A DNA stretch of 63,185 nt, counting the filler, from Octopus bimaculoides (taxonomy: Eukaryota), in the NCBI RefSeq assembly GCF_001194135.2. It is 10 parts of 8 records of this genome, joined end to end, with 100 filler letters (N's around TTAATTAATTAA, not from the genome) between each part and the next. Parts side by side here need not be neighbours in the genome. Positions count along the whole stretch, not along the records: positions 38,672 to 51,095 come from NC_068982.1; 9 more parts are not named here. One strand, 5' to 3'. Positions 38,672 through 50,691 of this stretch are shown here, in pieces. Numbering within the stretch: position 1 is the stretch's first letter; each line of letters begins with the position of its first letter. Under the pieces are notes generated by a model. The model worked only from the letters and a program-made list of their open reading frames with translations, was not told where the DNA came from and searched no databases. The translations under genes were made by a program, and so were the position numbers.

Positions 38672-39551
38672 GTTCATGTTATAGGGAATGATCAGCCAGA
38701 TCGTATCCTTATTGTTCTTGTTGCTATTACGGCCATATCTGGTATAGAACCTGCCATCATAACTGGGAAGGCTGGTGAATTTTTCTTTACGGCTATCTAA
38801 TTTATTTCTATAGTTAGGTTTATTTTTGATATGTGTATTTCCATTTTTTTCCTTGTTAGTATTGTTAGGTATTTGTGGACACGATATATGGTTTCTTTTA
38901 GTCTGCTGGGTCTCCCTGTAATTTATGCTAAACTTATCGTTGTATTGCTTAATATTGGTTTTGTTCAGGTGGCTATTGCATTTCTGCTTCGTCTTGTTAT
39001 TAGCCTTAATCGTCCTATTAATATTGCTGGTATTGGTGTTTACACTGTTGTTGGTATTTTTGGTGTTATGTGGTTTGGCTTTGGGACGTTTTGTATTTCT
39101 ATTACATGTGTTATGTTTATCTTTGTCATTCATATCGTTAGTGTGGTTTCCAGCGGTGTTTGGTGTGTTAATAGTGTGTGTGTTTCTAGCGTTTAGATTC
39201 CGTATAGTTGGGTCTTTTTTTATGGTTATTGGATTCTATGAATTTAATTTTATGGGTAAATCCTGCCCTATGTAGTGCGATGTTGTAGGTTTCCTTATGC
39301 TTATTAAAAATAACTTGGTTAGAGGAGAGGCGTGATATCCTATTGCTTATACTATGTGCTAAGCCTCTCTTGAGGAATAGTGGGTGGTTGCTGGATGCGT
39401 TTATGTATTTTAGGTTAGTATTAGGCTTTATGTATGGTTCATGTAGTCCTGTGGCTAGGTTGCAATTGGCGTCTAAATAGTTTATGGATGTGTGTTCGTT
39501 TTCTATAGAAATGGCTAGTCCAAATCTTTTGAAGAATTTATGTAAGTTTTT
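38672..39551 (-). mobile_element. Penelope-like element fragment (C-terminal part of the RT plus linker), bounded by gaps
   Basis: FGLAISIE...INYLDANCNLATGLHEPYIKPNTNLKYINASSNHP...ISNRISRLSSNQVIFN...YNIALHRAGF, and later IWLIIPY (cf. the PLE 'IWFNPPY' motif). Confidence 0.85.
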
Positions 39552-40077
39552 NNNNNNNNNNNNNNNNNNNNNNNNNNNNNNNNNNNNNNNNNNNNNNNNN
39601 NNNNNNNNNNNNNNNNNNNNNNNNNNNNNNNNNNNNNNNNNNNNNNNNNNNNNNNNNNNNNNNNNNNNNNNNNNNNNNNNNNNNNNNNNNNNNNNNNNNN
39701 NNNNNNNNNNNNNNNNNNNNNNNNNNNNNNNNNNNNNNNNNNNNNNNNNNNNNNNNNNNNNNNNNNNNNNNNNNNNNNNNNNNNNNNNNNNNNNNNNNNN
39801 NNNNNNNNNNNNNNNNNNNNNNNNNNNNNNNNNNNNNNNNNNNNNNNNNNNNNNNNNNNNNNNNNNNNNNNNNNNNNNNNNNNNNNNNNNNNNNNNNNNN
39901 NNNNNNNNNNNNNNNNNNNNNNNNNNNNNNNNNNNNNNNNNNNNNNNNNNNNNNNNNNNNNNNNNNNNNNNNNNNNNNNNNNNNNNNNNNNNNNNNNNNN
40001 NNNNNNNNNNNNNNNNNNNNNNNNNNNNNNNNNNNNNNNNNNNNNNNNNNNNNNNNNNNNNNNNNNNNNNNNNNNNN

Positions 40078-40109
<32 letters not shown>

Positions 40110-40770
40110 ATGCATATGTGCATACATTTTTGCTACATAATCTAAGAAACGTCTGTCTTCCAAACAAAAGAAGGATCATGCTATAGCATTCTTTACTCAC
40201 ACCTACTTGACTCTATGCACCCCCGCACCAGCACCACAATAACCACCGCCACCCAATAACCAGTACCATCACCATCACCATCACCACTACCACCACAACC
40301 ACCACAACCACCACAACCACCAAAAACTGATGTCGATTTAGTTTATTATGATTACCTCCCTCCATAACACCCTCTTGCGGAGCAAATATTAAAAAACGAT
40401 ATTTACTTTCTCCCGTTATGTTCTACATTTGCATCCTGTCTTTCCTCCAGATGTGGTCCCATGTGATAAGTACCAGTCATGCACTGCGAAGGATTTAATC
40501 GATACTAGTAGCTATGCTGATTTAATCGAACTTAGAGTTGGGGTGACTTTGTGTTGAATATACCAATAAATCAGGAAGTTCCATTATTCTAAAGTTTTCC
40601 AAAAGTCTGCATAAGAATTACAGCCCCTCCCCTTCGTCAGTGTCTCCCAGAGTTGCAGAAGAACCTGGGTAGGGGAGACTAAAAGACTAAAACACGAAGT
40701 AGCTGAACAAATTTTCTAGACGTTTCTGCAATGTAACATGTACAAGACAGTTGATGTACAATGATGTAAA

Positions 40771-40829
<59 letters not shown>

Positions 40830-41677
40830 GACTGAGAGCATGAATGAGAGAAAAGAAAAGACAAAGAGGAAATAACCAGTTACCATGGACATTTATATAA
40901 GTTGTTTTAATTCTTGTATTTTTTTAACTTCTTCCAATGAAACACGTGCTAGATTCGAAGAAACAAAGTTCCATCCTTGAAATTTAGATAAAAGCAACAG
41001 TAAAAATGCATTTACTGAACTTTAGAAATTCTTCTGTATTTTCAATGTTCCATACATTTAATTGGCAGAAGATTCAAGAGTGTTTTTTTGCCTGAAAATC
41101 TTAGATCATTTAGATTATTTCTTAAAGAACCTTCTAACATAAGCAATTGGCCGGTGACTGCACGTACGAATGTATTTATATATCAATGATTGCAGGTATA
41201 AATATAAAACAGGTAAATTATAAAGTTATAAATTTCAGGCTTCACAGCAGTTATCCACATGTGAACCTTTTGTTCCTGCTTTTTGATGACCATATTCACA
41301 GGAACTGGCCACTAAACCAGAAAATAATTTCTGTTTTGTATCTTAAGCAACTTCTGCTTTATGCACAACATATAACTCCTCATAACTTTTTTATTATTTG
41401 GATTTTTCAGAAACTTATTGCGAATTTGTATCCTACACTTAGGAATTCATATGATTATGCAAAAACCAAAGAAAAAAATATATTGGGAGGGTGCATGATT
41501 AAAGGCCTATTTCGTTGTTACTTTTAGCACATCTCTCGACCAGGGTACAAGCAGCAGAACAAGGCGTCGATGCACATGCTTTCGCATAGAGTATATTTGT
41601 AAACACGTGCTATCTCGCAGAAAAAAACGAGTTCTCATGTTTGGCTTGTTACTATGGACACAGGCATGAATGTGTCC

Positions 41678-41892
41678 GAGCTGGCAGAAAAGTTAGCACG
41701 CCGGGCGAAATGCTTAGCGGTATTTCGTCTGTTTTTACGTTCTGGGTTCAAATTCCGCCGAGGTCGACTTTGCCTTTCATCCTTTCGGGGTCGATAAATT
41801 AAGTACCAGTTGTGTTCTGAGGTCGATCTAATCGACTGGCCCTCTCTCCCGCAAAAACATTTCGTGTCTTGTGCCTAGAGTAGAAAAGAATG
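41678..41892 (+). mobile_element. tRNA-derived SINE family B
   Basis: gagctggcagaaaagttagcacgccgggcgaaatgcttagcggt...gggttcaaattccgccgaggtcgactttgcctttcatcctttcggggtcgataaattaagtaccag. Other copies, all minus: ~19400-19629, 23617-23826, 28885-29020, 30850-31072, 36985-37190, 61410-61600. Confidence 0.85.
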
Positions 41893-43001
41893 TGTCTGTG
41901 GCTTACGATTGGCTAAAATTATCCTTCATTTGCAAATTTTAAAGCTAATAACTCTTTATTTATTGATTTATGGTCAAAATGAATTTCATGGTATTGAATA
42001 GCATATAGAACTACATCATTACACCGAATATGAAATCAATTCGAACAGAAATTAAAGAGATTGAAAATTGGCAGCCAAACAGAAAAGATCGTGTGCCTGT
42101 AATACATACTACAACCATTACCATCCCTGTCAAGCTCTCATCAACACCGCCACCACCACCGCTCTACGCAACTAAATCTCCCGTTTCTACTCCACCCCTC
42201 AACACCATTCGACACTAACCCCACCGCTAAACTTACGCTTTATCCCAACATCACCTCCATCCACTTCACCCCACCCTGTGTACACATCTCAATCTTCGGC
42301 CTCTTCCTCTACACCACCACCGCCGCCACCACCTTCACAACCACTACCACCACCACCTTCACAACCACCACCACCACCTTCACAACCACTACCACCATCA
42401 CCACTGCCACTTACCTCAACTCCATAAAACTCCACTCTTATCACCTTGTATATATCTCCACCTTCGAAACACCCTTCAACACCATCACTATCACCACTAG
42501 AAATTATTATTTCTTATGAGAAACATTTTGTTTAGCCCCAAGATATCTTTGATAGGGCTGACCAATGAAACGGCATTCCTTCCATGCCCATCTCGTCTTA
42601 ATTTCAGAGAGTCTATCTTGAACCACATAGTCCATGTAACTTCCTTGCTTAAGACGGTAGGATGTAATCTGAGAAGTATTTGGCTGCTATTTCTAGCAGG
42701 TAGTCTGATCAGTTTGAGGCCTCCATTCCACTCTCAATCTCTCTCGCTTTCTCTCTCTCTCACCCTCTCTCCCCCTCTCTCCTCCTCTTTCTCTCTCTCT
42801 CACACACACACCTCTGGCGGTGTGTTAAAACAATTATCTTCACAATGACATCTGTTTTTATATAACTGTAGTAAGTACCTCGACGTGTCTATCTGCCTCT
42901 ATATCAGTTTTTCTCTGTCGGACTGCATCTTCAGTTCATTTGACTATATTATTATCTAAGGAGGCCGATTTCAAAATTGACAAACGACACTAATTCATCG
43001 G

Positions 43002-43042
<41 letters not shown>

Positions 43043-43059
43043 GTCTGTATGTCTGTCTA

Positions 43060-43120
<61 letters not shown>

Positions 43121-43316
43121 TTATTTGTGTCTGTTTATCTACCTATTAATCTACCTATCTATTTGTCTATCTATGTATTTTATTTATGTATTATCTTTGT
43201 GTCTGTTTAACAAAGAAAAAAACAGAGTGAAAGTTATAACCGAGTTGAGTTGGAATGTTGGTGTGGACTCCACAAACGTTTTTCTTTTCCTTCTGTATAT
43301 CTTAAATATCTCTTCC

Positions 43317-43381
<65 letters not shown>

Positions 43382-44340
43382 AGACACAGACACAGACACA
43401 TACATATACACACATTCTTATATACAAGTTGTTCACCCCTAGAGGCAAACGTGCATATGGTTCTACTAACTACAACTTAATGGTAAAAATCAAATGTCTT
43501 CGTTTTGGCGCGCTAATTCCGGAAATATGTCTGCAGAAAATAGTTACTGCGTCGTATATATCCACTTTGAGAATGTGGTTATGGTTAATCAAATTAAAAC
43601 ATAGGGTAAAAAATCAGATATTGATTAATATCGATTTATTACCAGGAAGCTAGCACATTGAAAGAATCAGAGAGATTCAGAAAAAATATCTGAGATCTTA
43701 GGGGATTAAAGTATATGTTTATATATAACGATGACCACTAAAGTCGTCATTTAATGTGCTAGAAATAGATCACATGTGTCTACTAAGACCTAATGGTTCT
43801 CAAACGAAATTCAGCAAAATACCAAACCGTATGCGGGCAAGACAGTGAAAATTACATAAATAAAACATTATTATTCATGGACAGGTTTCGAAATTAACAC
43901 TCTTAACGAATATTTGTTTCTCTTCAGCATGAATTGTAAGGAAATCATAATTCACAGAATCTTAACCGAAGTGTTCCTTTTTTTCCATTTATGAACAGAC
44001 GATAAAGAAGTTATCGTCTACTAAATACTAAGAGTTAAATCATTTTTCTTTTCACGAAGACGACGTTTCCATTCAACATTGAAGATGAAGCATCTTATTA
44101 AATTCGTTTTTATTATTTACAAAATTATAATCACTCATCTATCGCAAAGTTAGAAAGACAGATTTCTAAAGGGGAAATTGCTATCACTTGGTATCTTATC
44201 CCTTTACGTGTTGTAATTTTCCGTCACGCTCTGTTCGCAAAACTATCGAAAGTTTAAACTGAAGGTGAAGTCCTTTACTGAATTTATTGTAAAAAATATC
44301 CAACAATTACATTAATGTATTAATTCAACCCTGTAATAAA

Positions 44341-44691
44341 GTTATGGGTGATGGTATCTATATGTTCAGAGCTGTGTCACTCTAGCTCAAAAACAACAGA
44401 AATTACAGAGCTCTTCAAGAAGAGTCCATATGATATATATGCAATAATTGGAAGTATTTTCATTCTTTTATTCCTCATAGTACAATGCAGTGATACCAAG
44501 CATACATGAGTAGGGATGGAACATACGGCATTAGTGAATTGTAGAATGTCGCAATTCAGATTCATCACAAAAATGACAATGAAATTATTCTTCCTCTGTT
44601 CACCGTTTGCGGTCGAACATTGACAGAAAGGAAGATTTCTGTGTTATATAGTGGCGAAATTGACAACGGCTACTACGATGCTGTCTTTCCC
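44341..44691 (+). pseudogene. OTU-like cysteine protease domain carried by the Helitron (inactivated)
   Basis: One frame with in-frame stops reads VMGDGIYMFRAVS...YICNNWKYF...YMSRDGTYGISEL...ISVLYSGEIDNGYYDAVFP. This matches the OTU GDGNCLFRA, TWG and HY motifs, with the catalytic Cys and His both read as Tyr. Confidence 0.8.
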
Positions 44692-45094
44692 ATAAACAAT
44701 CATGTGCATGAAAGAAACGTTGAAGGAAATGAAATATCACGAGACAGTAAAAAAGACAAAAGAATGTTAATTCAAACACTTAATATGAAATCTGTAGAAG
44801 AAAATAAAAATCATCAGAAAGTTAGGTTCCATAAAATGAGGGAATATGAGAGGAGGACAAGAGTACAAGAAGGTAATAAAGATAGGTAAATGAGATTGCA
44901 GAGAAAGAAGGAAAATTATAGAAATAAAAAAGTACAAGAAAGTAAACAAGAAAAAGAAATACGATTGCTAAAAAGGAGAGAAAAAAGTAGAATTAATAGA
45001 AAACAAGAGAATGAAAGTGACTGAAAAATATGACGAGAAAGCTTTCCAGAGAAAATCAGCAGAAAAAAGTATAGACGATTTCAATGGCAAGGTG

Positions 45095-46790
45095 TAGCAT
45101 TTAATTATGATCCTAATCGTAATTATGCATCTGAAAAATTGTCTCCCTGGGCTTTATGTGCAAAACATGTGAAAGGTGTGGTGCTAGGAAGTAGAACACG
45201 GAAGCATTAGGTATGTGTTGCTCTAAAGGTAAAGTCCATTTACCAATAATTGAACCTCCAGAACTTTTGGGTACCTCTTCAGAATCAAAACGCATTCTTA
45301 AAAATATTCGAGCATACAATTTTCCTTTTCAAATGACATCATTTGGGGCAAAAATTATTAGGGAAAGTGGATTTATGCCGACTTTTAAAGTGCAAGGACA
45401 AATTTATAACAGAATTAGTTCTCTTAAGTCCTTACAGAATAAAGATCTACAACAGTTTTTACAAATATATTTTATAGGTGACGTTCAAAAAGAAGCATAA
45501 TGTCGCAACAAGAATTATCCAGGTACAAGATTATAACTTACTTTTAAGCTGCAAGAAATGTTTCACGAAAAGAATTCTTATGTGAGAAGCTTTCAGTATG
45601 CTTTAGAATATACTTCAACTGCGGATTTTCAAGTTGTCATCGATGTCGACAAAACACCAGCAGGAGAACACGTCCGTTGATTCAATGCTTCTGAGTGTAA
45701 TGAAGTGGCAATTATTATGGTTGGAGAACAACATGGTAAACGAGATATTGTTTTGAAGTATCGTGACAATAGCATCACGTTCATAAATGAAACTCATCGT
45801 TCATATGATGCTTTACAATATCCCTTGCTTTTTGTTAACGGAGAAGATGGATACCACTTTGGTATACCACAAGTTCGAGGAATCACTTCCAAAAGAACTG
45901 TGGATTATTACGTTCATCGACTGATGATTTGAAGTAATTTTCTTAATCATCTTCACTATTATCAAGATCTTTTTTTACATTTATGTTGATATGTATGCCA
46001 AAATAGAGTCGGAGAGGTTGTGCTACATAAAAATGCAGCAAAAAGAACTACGTCCAGAATCGTACTTGTATTTACGAGATGGAATTAACAATGATATTAT
46101 TGGGACAGGGCTTGGACAACTTTGTATTCTCCCATCCAGTTTTACAGGAAGGCCAAGATATATGCACGAGAGGACACAGGATGCCATGACTTACGTGTGT
46201 AATTATGGACATCCTGATCTTTTCACCACTTTTACTTGTAATCCCAAATGGAACGAAATCGAAGCTGAACTTTTTCCAGGAAAATTATACATCAACAGAC
46301 ACGATCTTACTGCAAAAGTTTTTCATCTCAAGGTTTTGAAATTGATTGACTTCATAACTAAGTTTTACTTATTTTGACCAGTACGTTGCTACATGTATAC
46401 CATTGAATAGCAAAAAAATGGACTACCTCACACACATATATTAATCTGGCTTTTGTAGAAAATTCAAACTGATGAAATTGATTCCATACTCTCAGCAGAA
46501 ATTCCAAATCCCACAAAAGACAAAGAACTTTACGAAATTGTAAAATCGAACATAGTTCATGGCCCGTATGATGACCTCAAACCAACTGCATTTTGCATAA
46601 AAGACAAGAAGTGTACGAAACATTATCCTAAATATTTCATTAAAGAAACGTAAAAGGGTAATGATGAATATCCATCATACAGAAGGGCACTACAAGATGG
46701 AGGTTTTGAAACAAAAATTGGTCGCCATACAACTGGTAATCAATGGATAATGCCTTACATGCTCACATAAATGTTGAATATTATAATTCT
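45095..46790 (+). pseudogene. Helitron Rep (HUH endonuclease) coding remnant with stops and frameshifts
   Basis: Motifs in order: AFNYDP; MCCSKGKVHLP; NIRAYN..FQMTSFGA; GFMPTFKVQGQIY; HRSYDALQYPLLF..GEDGY; ILPSSFTGRPRYM..QDAMTYV..YGHPDLFTTFTCNPKW; IE*QKNGLPHTHILIWL (HUH motif); SAEIP; VHGP; CTKHYPK; AHINVEY. Confidence 0.92.
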
Positions 46791-47337
46791 ATAATAATAT
46801 TGTAATTCTTATAAATAATGTAACAGCTGAGAGTTAGCATTTAGCGTTAGCATTTAGAATTACAATTTTGAGTTAGTGTAAAGATTAGTTTAAACAGAAA
46901 TTGAAAAGGGATTCAAAAGATTTCAATTTGTGTACAAATTTTTACAGAATTGAACTTGCATATGTTTGTAATACGGATATCAAACTATATTCTTAAAAGA
47001 AGAGAAATAAAAATGTCGACAAAGTGTTCATAGTCGGATAATTCCATTGAGTGCTCTTTTTCATTTGTTTCTTTTTTTTGTTTTTGAAAATATTTACTAT
47101 AAGTTAGATGAAGAGCTTTGCGATGTTACTGTTAATTCTCCGAGTCATTAAGCCGGGCAACGCCGGGTATTTCAACTAATATCAGCCGAAATTGGAAGGA
47201 TAATCTGGATCTCGACTGGAGAAAGAAAACTCCGAATGACCTGTGCGTGTTTTTTTTTTGTATTGTCTATCTGGATGTTTTGTCCCTTTCTTGTATCACC
47301 TAACTGTCTGGATGTTTTGTGTTCTTGTCCCATTCTG

Positions 47338-47369
<32 letters not shown>

Positions 47370-48211
47370 NNNNNNNNNNNNNNNNNNNNNNNNNNNNNNN
47401 NNNNNNNNNNNNNNNNNNNNNNNNNNNNNNNNNNNNNNNNNNNNNNNNNNNNNNNNNNNNNNNNNNNNNNNNNNNNNNNNNNNNNNNNNNNNNNNNNNNN
47501 NNNNNNNNNNNNNNNNNNNNNNNNNNNNNNNNNNNNNNNNNNNNNNNNNNNNNNNNNNNNNNNNNNNNNNNNNNNNNNNNNNNNNNNNNNNNNNNNNNNN
47601 NNNNNNNNNNNNNNNNNNNNNNNNNNNNNNNNNNNNNNNNNNNNNNNNNNNNNNNNNNNNNNNNNNNNNNNNNNNNNNNNNNNNNNNNNNNNNNNNNNNN
47701 NNNNNNNNNNNNNNNNNNNNNNNNNNNNNNNNNNNNNNNNNNNNNNNNNNNNNNNNNNNNNNNNNNNNNNNNNNNNNNNNNNNNNNNNNNNNNNNNNNNN
47801 NNNNNNNNNNNNNNNNNNNNNNNNNNNNNNNNNNNNNNNNNNNNNNNNNNNNNNNNNNNNNNNNNNNNNNNNNNNNNNNNNNNNNNNNNNNNNNNNNNNN
47901 NNNNNNNNNNNNNNNNNNNNNNNNNNNNNNNNNNNNNNNNNNNNNNNNNNNNNNNNNNNNNNNNNNNNNNNNNNNNNNNNNNNNNNNNNNNNNNNNNNNN
48001 NNNNNNNNNNNNNNNNNNNNNNNNNNNNNNNNNNNNNNNNNNNNNNNNNNNNNNNNNNNNNNNNNNNNNNNNNNGTAGCATATATGCTAGGACATAATAA
48101 CCTCTTAAGCAAACCAAGTGAAGATATGAGTAGCATATGGGAACCGGTATTAAGGAAGGATAGGAAAATATTAGATTTATAAGCCCTAAAATTCACCCCA
48201 TAATTGCCCAC

Positions 48212-48418
48212 GAGCATATGGCGCAGTGGTTAAGAGCGCGGGCTACTAACCCCAAGATTCCGAGTTCCAACATCGAAAAATACCTTAGGAATGAGAACCC
48301 AGGTTCGAAATTTCCCCAAGATGGAGGCTGGAGAGTATATCAGCCGAAAGGTTGTGTTAACAACAAACAAGATGAGGACAAATATCCGTCAAATGTAAAT
48401 AGTGTAAATAATGTATAA
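48212..48418 (+). mobile_element. Same hammerhead-tailed SINE, with the ribozyme core deleted
   Basis: Head gagcatatggcgcagtggttaagagcgcgggctactaaccccaagattccgagtt and the same tail as the 59.5-59.9 kb copies. It has ccccaag|atggaggctgg, lacking acacctg. Confidence 0.85.
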
Positions 48419-49189
48419 TGCTTTTGTGACCAATTGAGTCGTCTTGATTCTTATTTCTAGGAACGTTGGTATTACTTTGTACTCTTGTCACTTTGGTGAC
48501 GTTTATAAATTTGCCTATATTTTTTATAATATACACTTATACCGTTTTGAAATAGCACATGCTTTCAACGGTGTCCAGTACTAAAGAGAGTCAGAAGTAG
48601 CCTGAAACCAGGTTGGTCTACTGGTCCCGTCCCTAGAATATCTCGGATGCACTTATGCATCGTTAACCAGCTGGAGAAGATGTCCTCTTGGGGTTAAAAT
48701 ATCACAGTAAAGCCCGTTCGAACGGACAGCCATGTTGAAGTGGCTACGAACATTACTTTATATATATATATATATNNNNNNNNNNCAAAGAATAAGTCCT
48801 GGGGTCGATTTGCTCGACTAAAGGCGGTGCCCCAGCATGGCCGCAGTCAAATGACTGAAACAAGTAAAAGAGAGTAAACGAGTATATATATATATATAAA
48901 GAGTATAATCATAAATATACAGGGATTAGCATTGAGTTGCTTCTCCAACATACTGAAAATTTAGAAATAGCAGTCAAAGAACTACTGATTCTAAACTACA
49001 AATTTTTCTCTAAACGGATGGCGATATTTATGGCACACATAGAACAAAAAACCGGAGGGAAAAGCATAAACAAAAACATGTCTTTAGTTAATTGGATACG
49101 ATCGTTTCATGGTTAAGAGAATGAAAATTTCTCTATTCCAAATCTTCAGTCCAATATTCTGATAAATTTGAAATTGTCTCTAAAAAAAA

Positions 49190-49470
49190 TTCACGGTAAT
49201 CTTTGGCCATCTCCTAGAAATAATAGTTTCCGGATCATAATTTCTGGAACCACCGTTGACACTGGCCTACGCTTATTGTCTGATCCCCATATACTGCATT
49301 AATATTTCCTCGCACTTACCGTTGCGTTGTTGCCTTTATTGAACTCATAAAAGCAAAATATGCCTAATATGCTCCTTTGTCATTTCCATTTAGCTTTGAA
49401 AAAAAAAAAAAGAACTGTTAAAATCGAATTGCACTCTTCAAAACTTGCACTAAGAATAAGTACAAAGTGA
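49190..49470 (-). mobile_element. Mariner transposase N-terminal (HTH) fragment
   Basis: From the ATG at 49389, with small frameshifts, it reads MEMTKEHIRHIL(L)YEFNKGNNAT.SAR.INAVYGDQTISVGQCQRWFQK. Confidence 0.8.
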
Positions 49471-49568
49471 AATTACTACCTGCATTTATAGCAAGTGGAT
49501 GCAGGTAGCCTATCCTGTCCCCCTCCGACTTTTAGTTCATGCAACTGGAAAAAAACCTCACTATAATT

Positions 49569-49637
<69 letters not shown>

Positions 49638-50369
49638 ACACACACACAAACGCACCCACATATATACATATATGAATGTATATGTTGACCACATGCCAAA
49701 GAACAAATCCCCCGAATCCTTCTTCAATGTACAATGCCCTATATATTATAATGTGAAAATAAAATTTATGTCGGTAAACTGCAGCTTTGAATTTGTTTAC
49801 TATAGAATTTTAAGGAAATGTAAATATACATTAGTATAACTTCTGCACACTGAAAAGCAAGATATACCCCCGCAATATGTTTATAGTTTCTTCAGCGCTC
49901 GCCTGAACGAGGACCCTCATTTATCTGGCCACATATATCCTAATGTGTATATGAACGGAGAAAATTTATTGAAAGATGCTATATAAATAAAATACAAAAC
50001 GGAACTTAGCTGTAATGACTTAACTAAATTGCATAAGATGCATTTATCAGTAGCGTGATTAATTAAATAATTATTTCCAGTACACGATTTATTAATATAA
50101 TTTGATACACGCAGAGCTGTGAATAAATATTTAGTAAACACACACACACACAAACAAACGCACATATGTATGCGTGTGCATGTCTGTGTGAGTGTATGTG
50201 TCTATATATTATCATATAGATACATAGTTAAAAATAAATGTAGTTATATAGACATACATATGTATATATATATATATGGGAGAATATACGAAAAAACAAC
50301 AACAGACGAGGACAGGTGGTGTAAATAACAAAAGGATGTATTAGTATGACGCTCGGGAATACGGAAAGT

Positions 50370-50403
50370 CTTTGACGTTTCGAGCTACGCTCTTCAACAG
50401 AAA
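50370..50403 (-). ncRNA. Hammerhead-like motif, second repeat family (CUGUUGA core variant)
   Basis: The minus strand reads TTT-CTGTTGA-A-GAGC-gta-GCTC-GAAA-C-GT-C-AAA. Related degenerate copies lie at 21547-21582 (+) and ~22495-22535 (+). Confidence 0.5.
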
Positions 50404-50653
50404 CAATACGGAGACAAGGAGAAAAACACGGAGAAAAAAAATTGAATAGTGTCCAGTCAGCGGTCAATCATAATACACACACACATATACATATATATAT
50501 ATATTCACTCATATATATTTCTATAAATATTTAATGTGTGTATATATATATATATATATATATGTATATGCATACATATATATCTATATACATATATACA
50601 TATATATACATATATATACATATATACATATGTATATATGTATCTATACATAC

Positions 50654-50691
<38 letters not shown>

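Larger units (their letters stand above)
44341..47179 (+). mobile_element. Degenerate, internally deleted Helitron (OTU + Rep remnants, helicase absent); 5' end not located
   Basis: It contains Helitron Rep motifs and an upstream OTU-like domain. The 3' terminus has a CCGG-gcaacg-CCGG hairpin (47153-47166) followed by CTAA|T (47176-47180), a CTRR-type end. Confidence 0.92.

Noticed and set aside
48212-48270. tRNA-like sequences at SINE heads
   Set aside because: They have A/B boxes but no complete cloverleaf or acceptor stem, and they continue into SINE bodies; they are not tRNA genes.
49887-49985. ARLNEDPHLSGHI, resembling the kinesin-3 'NLNEDP.LSG' motif
   Set aside because: The similarity is limited to ~9 residues, there is no good donor, and a stop follows shortly.
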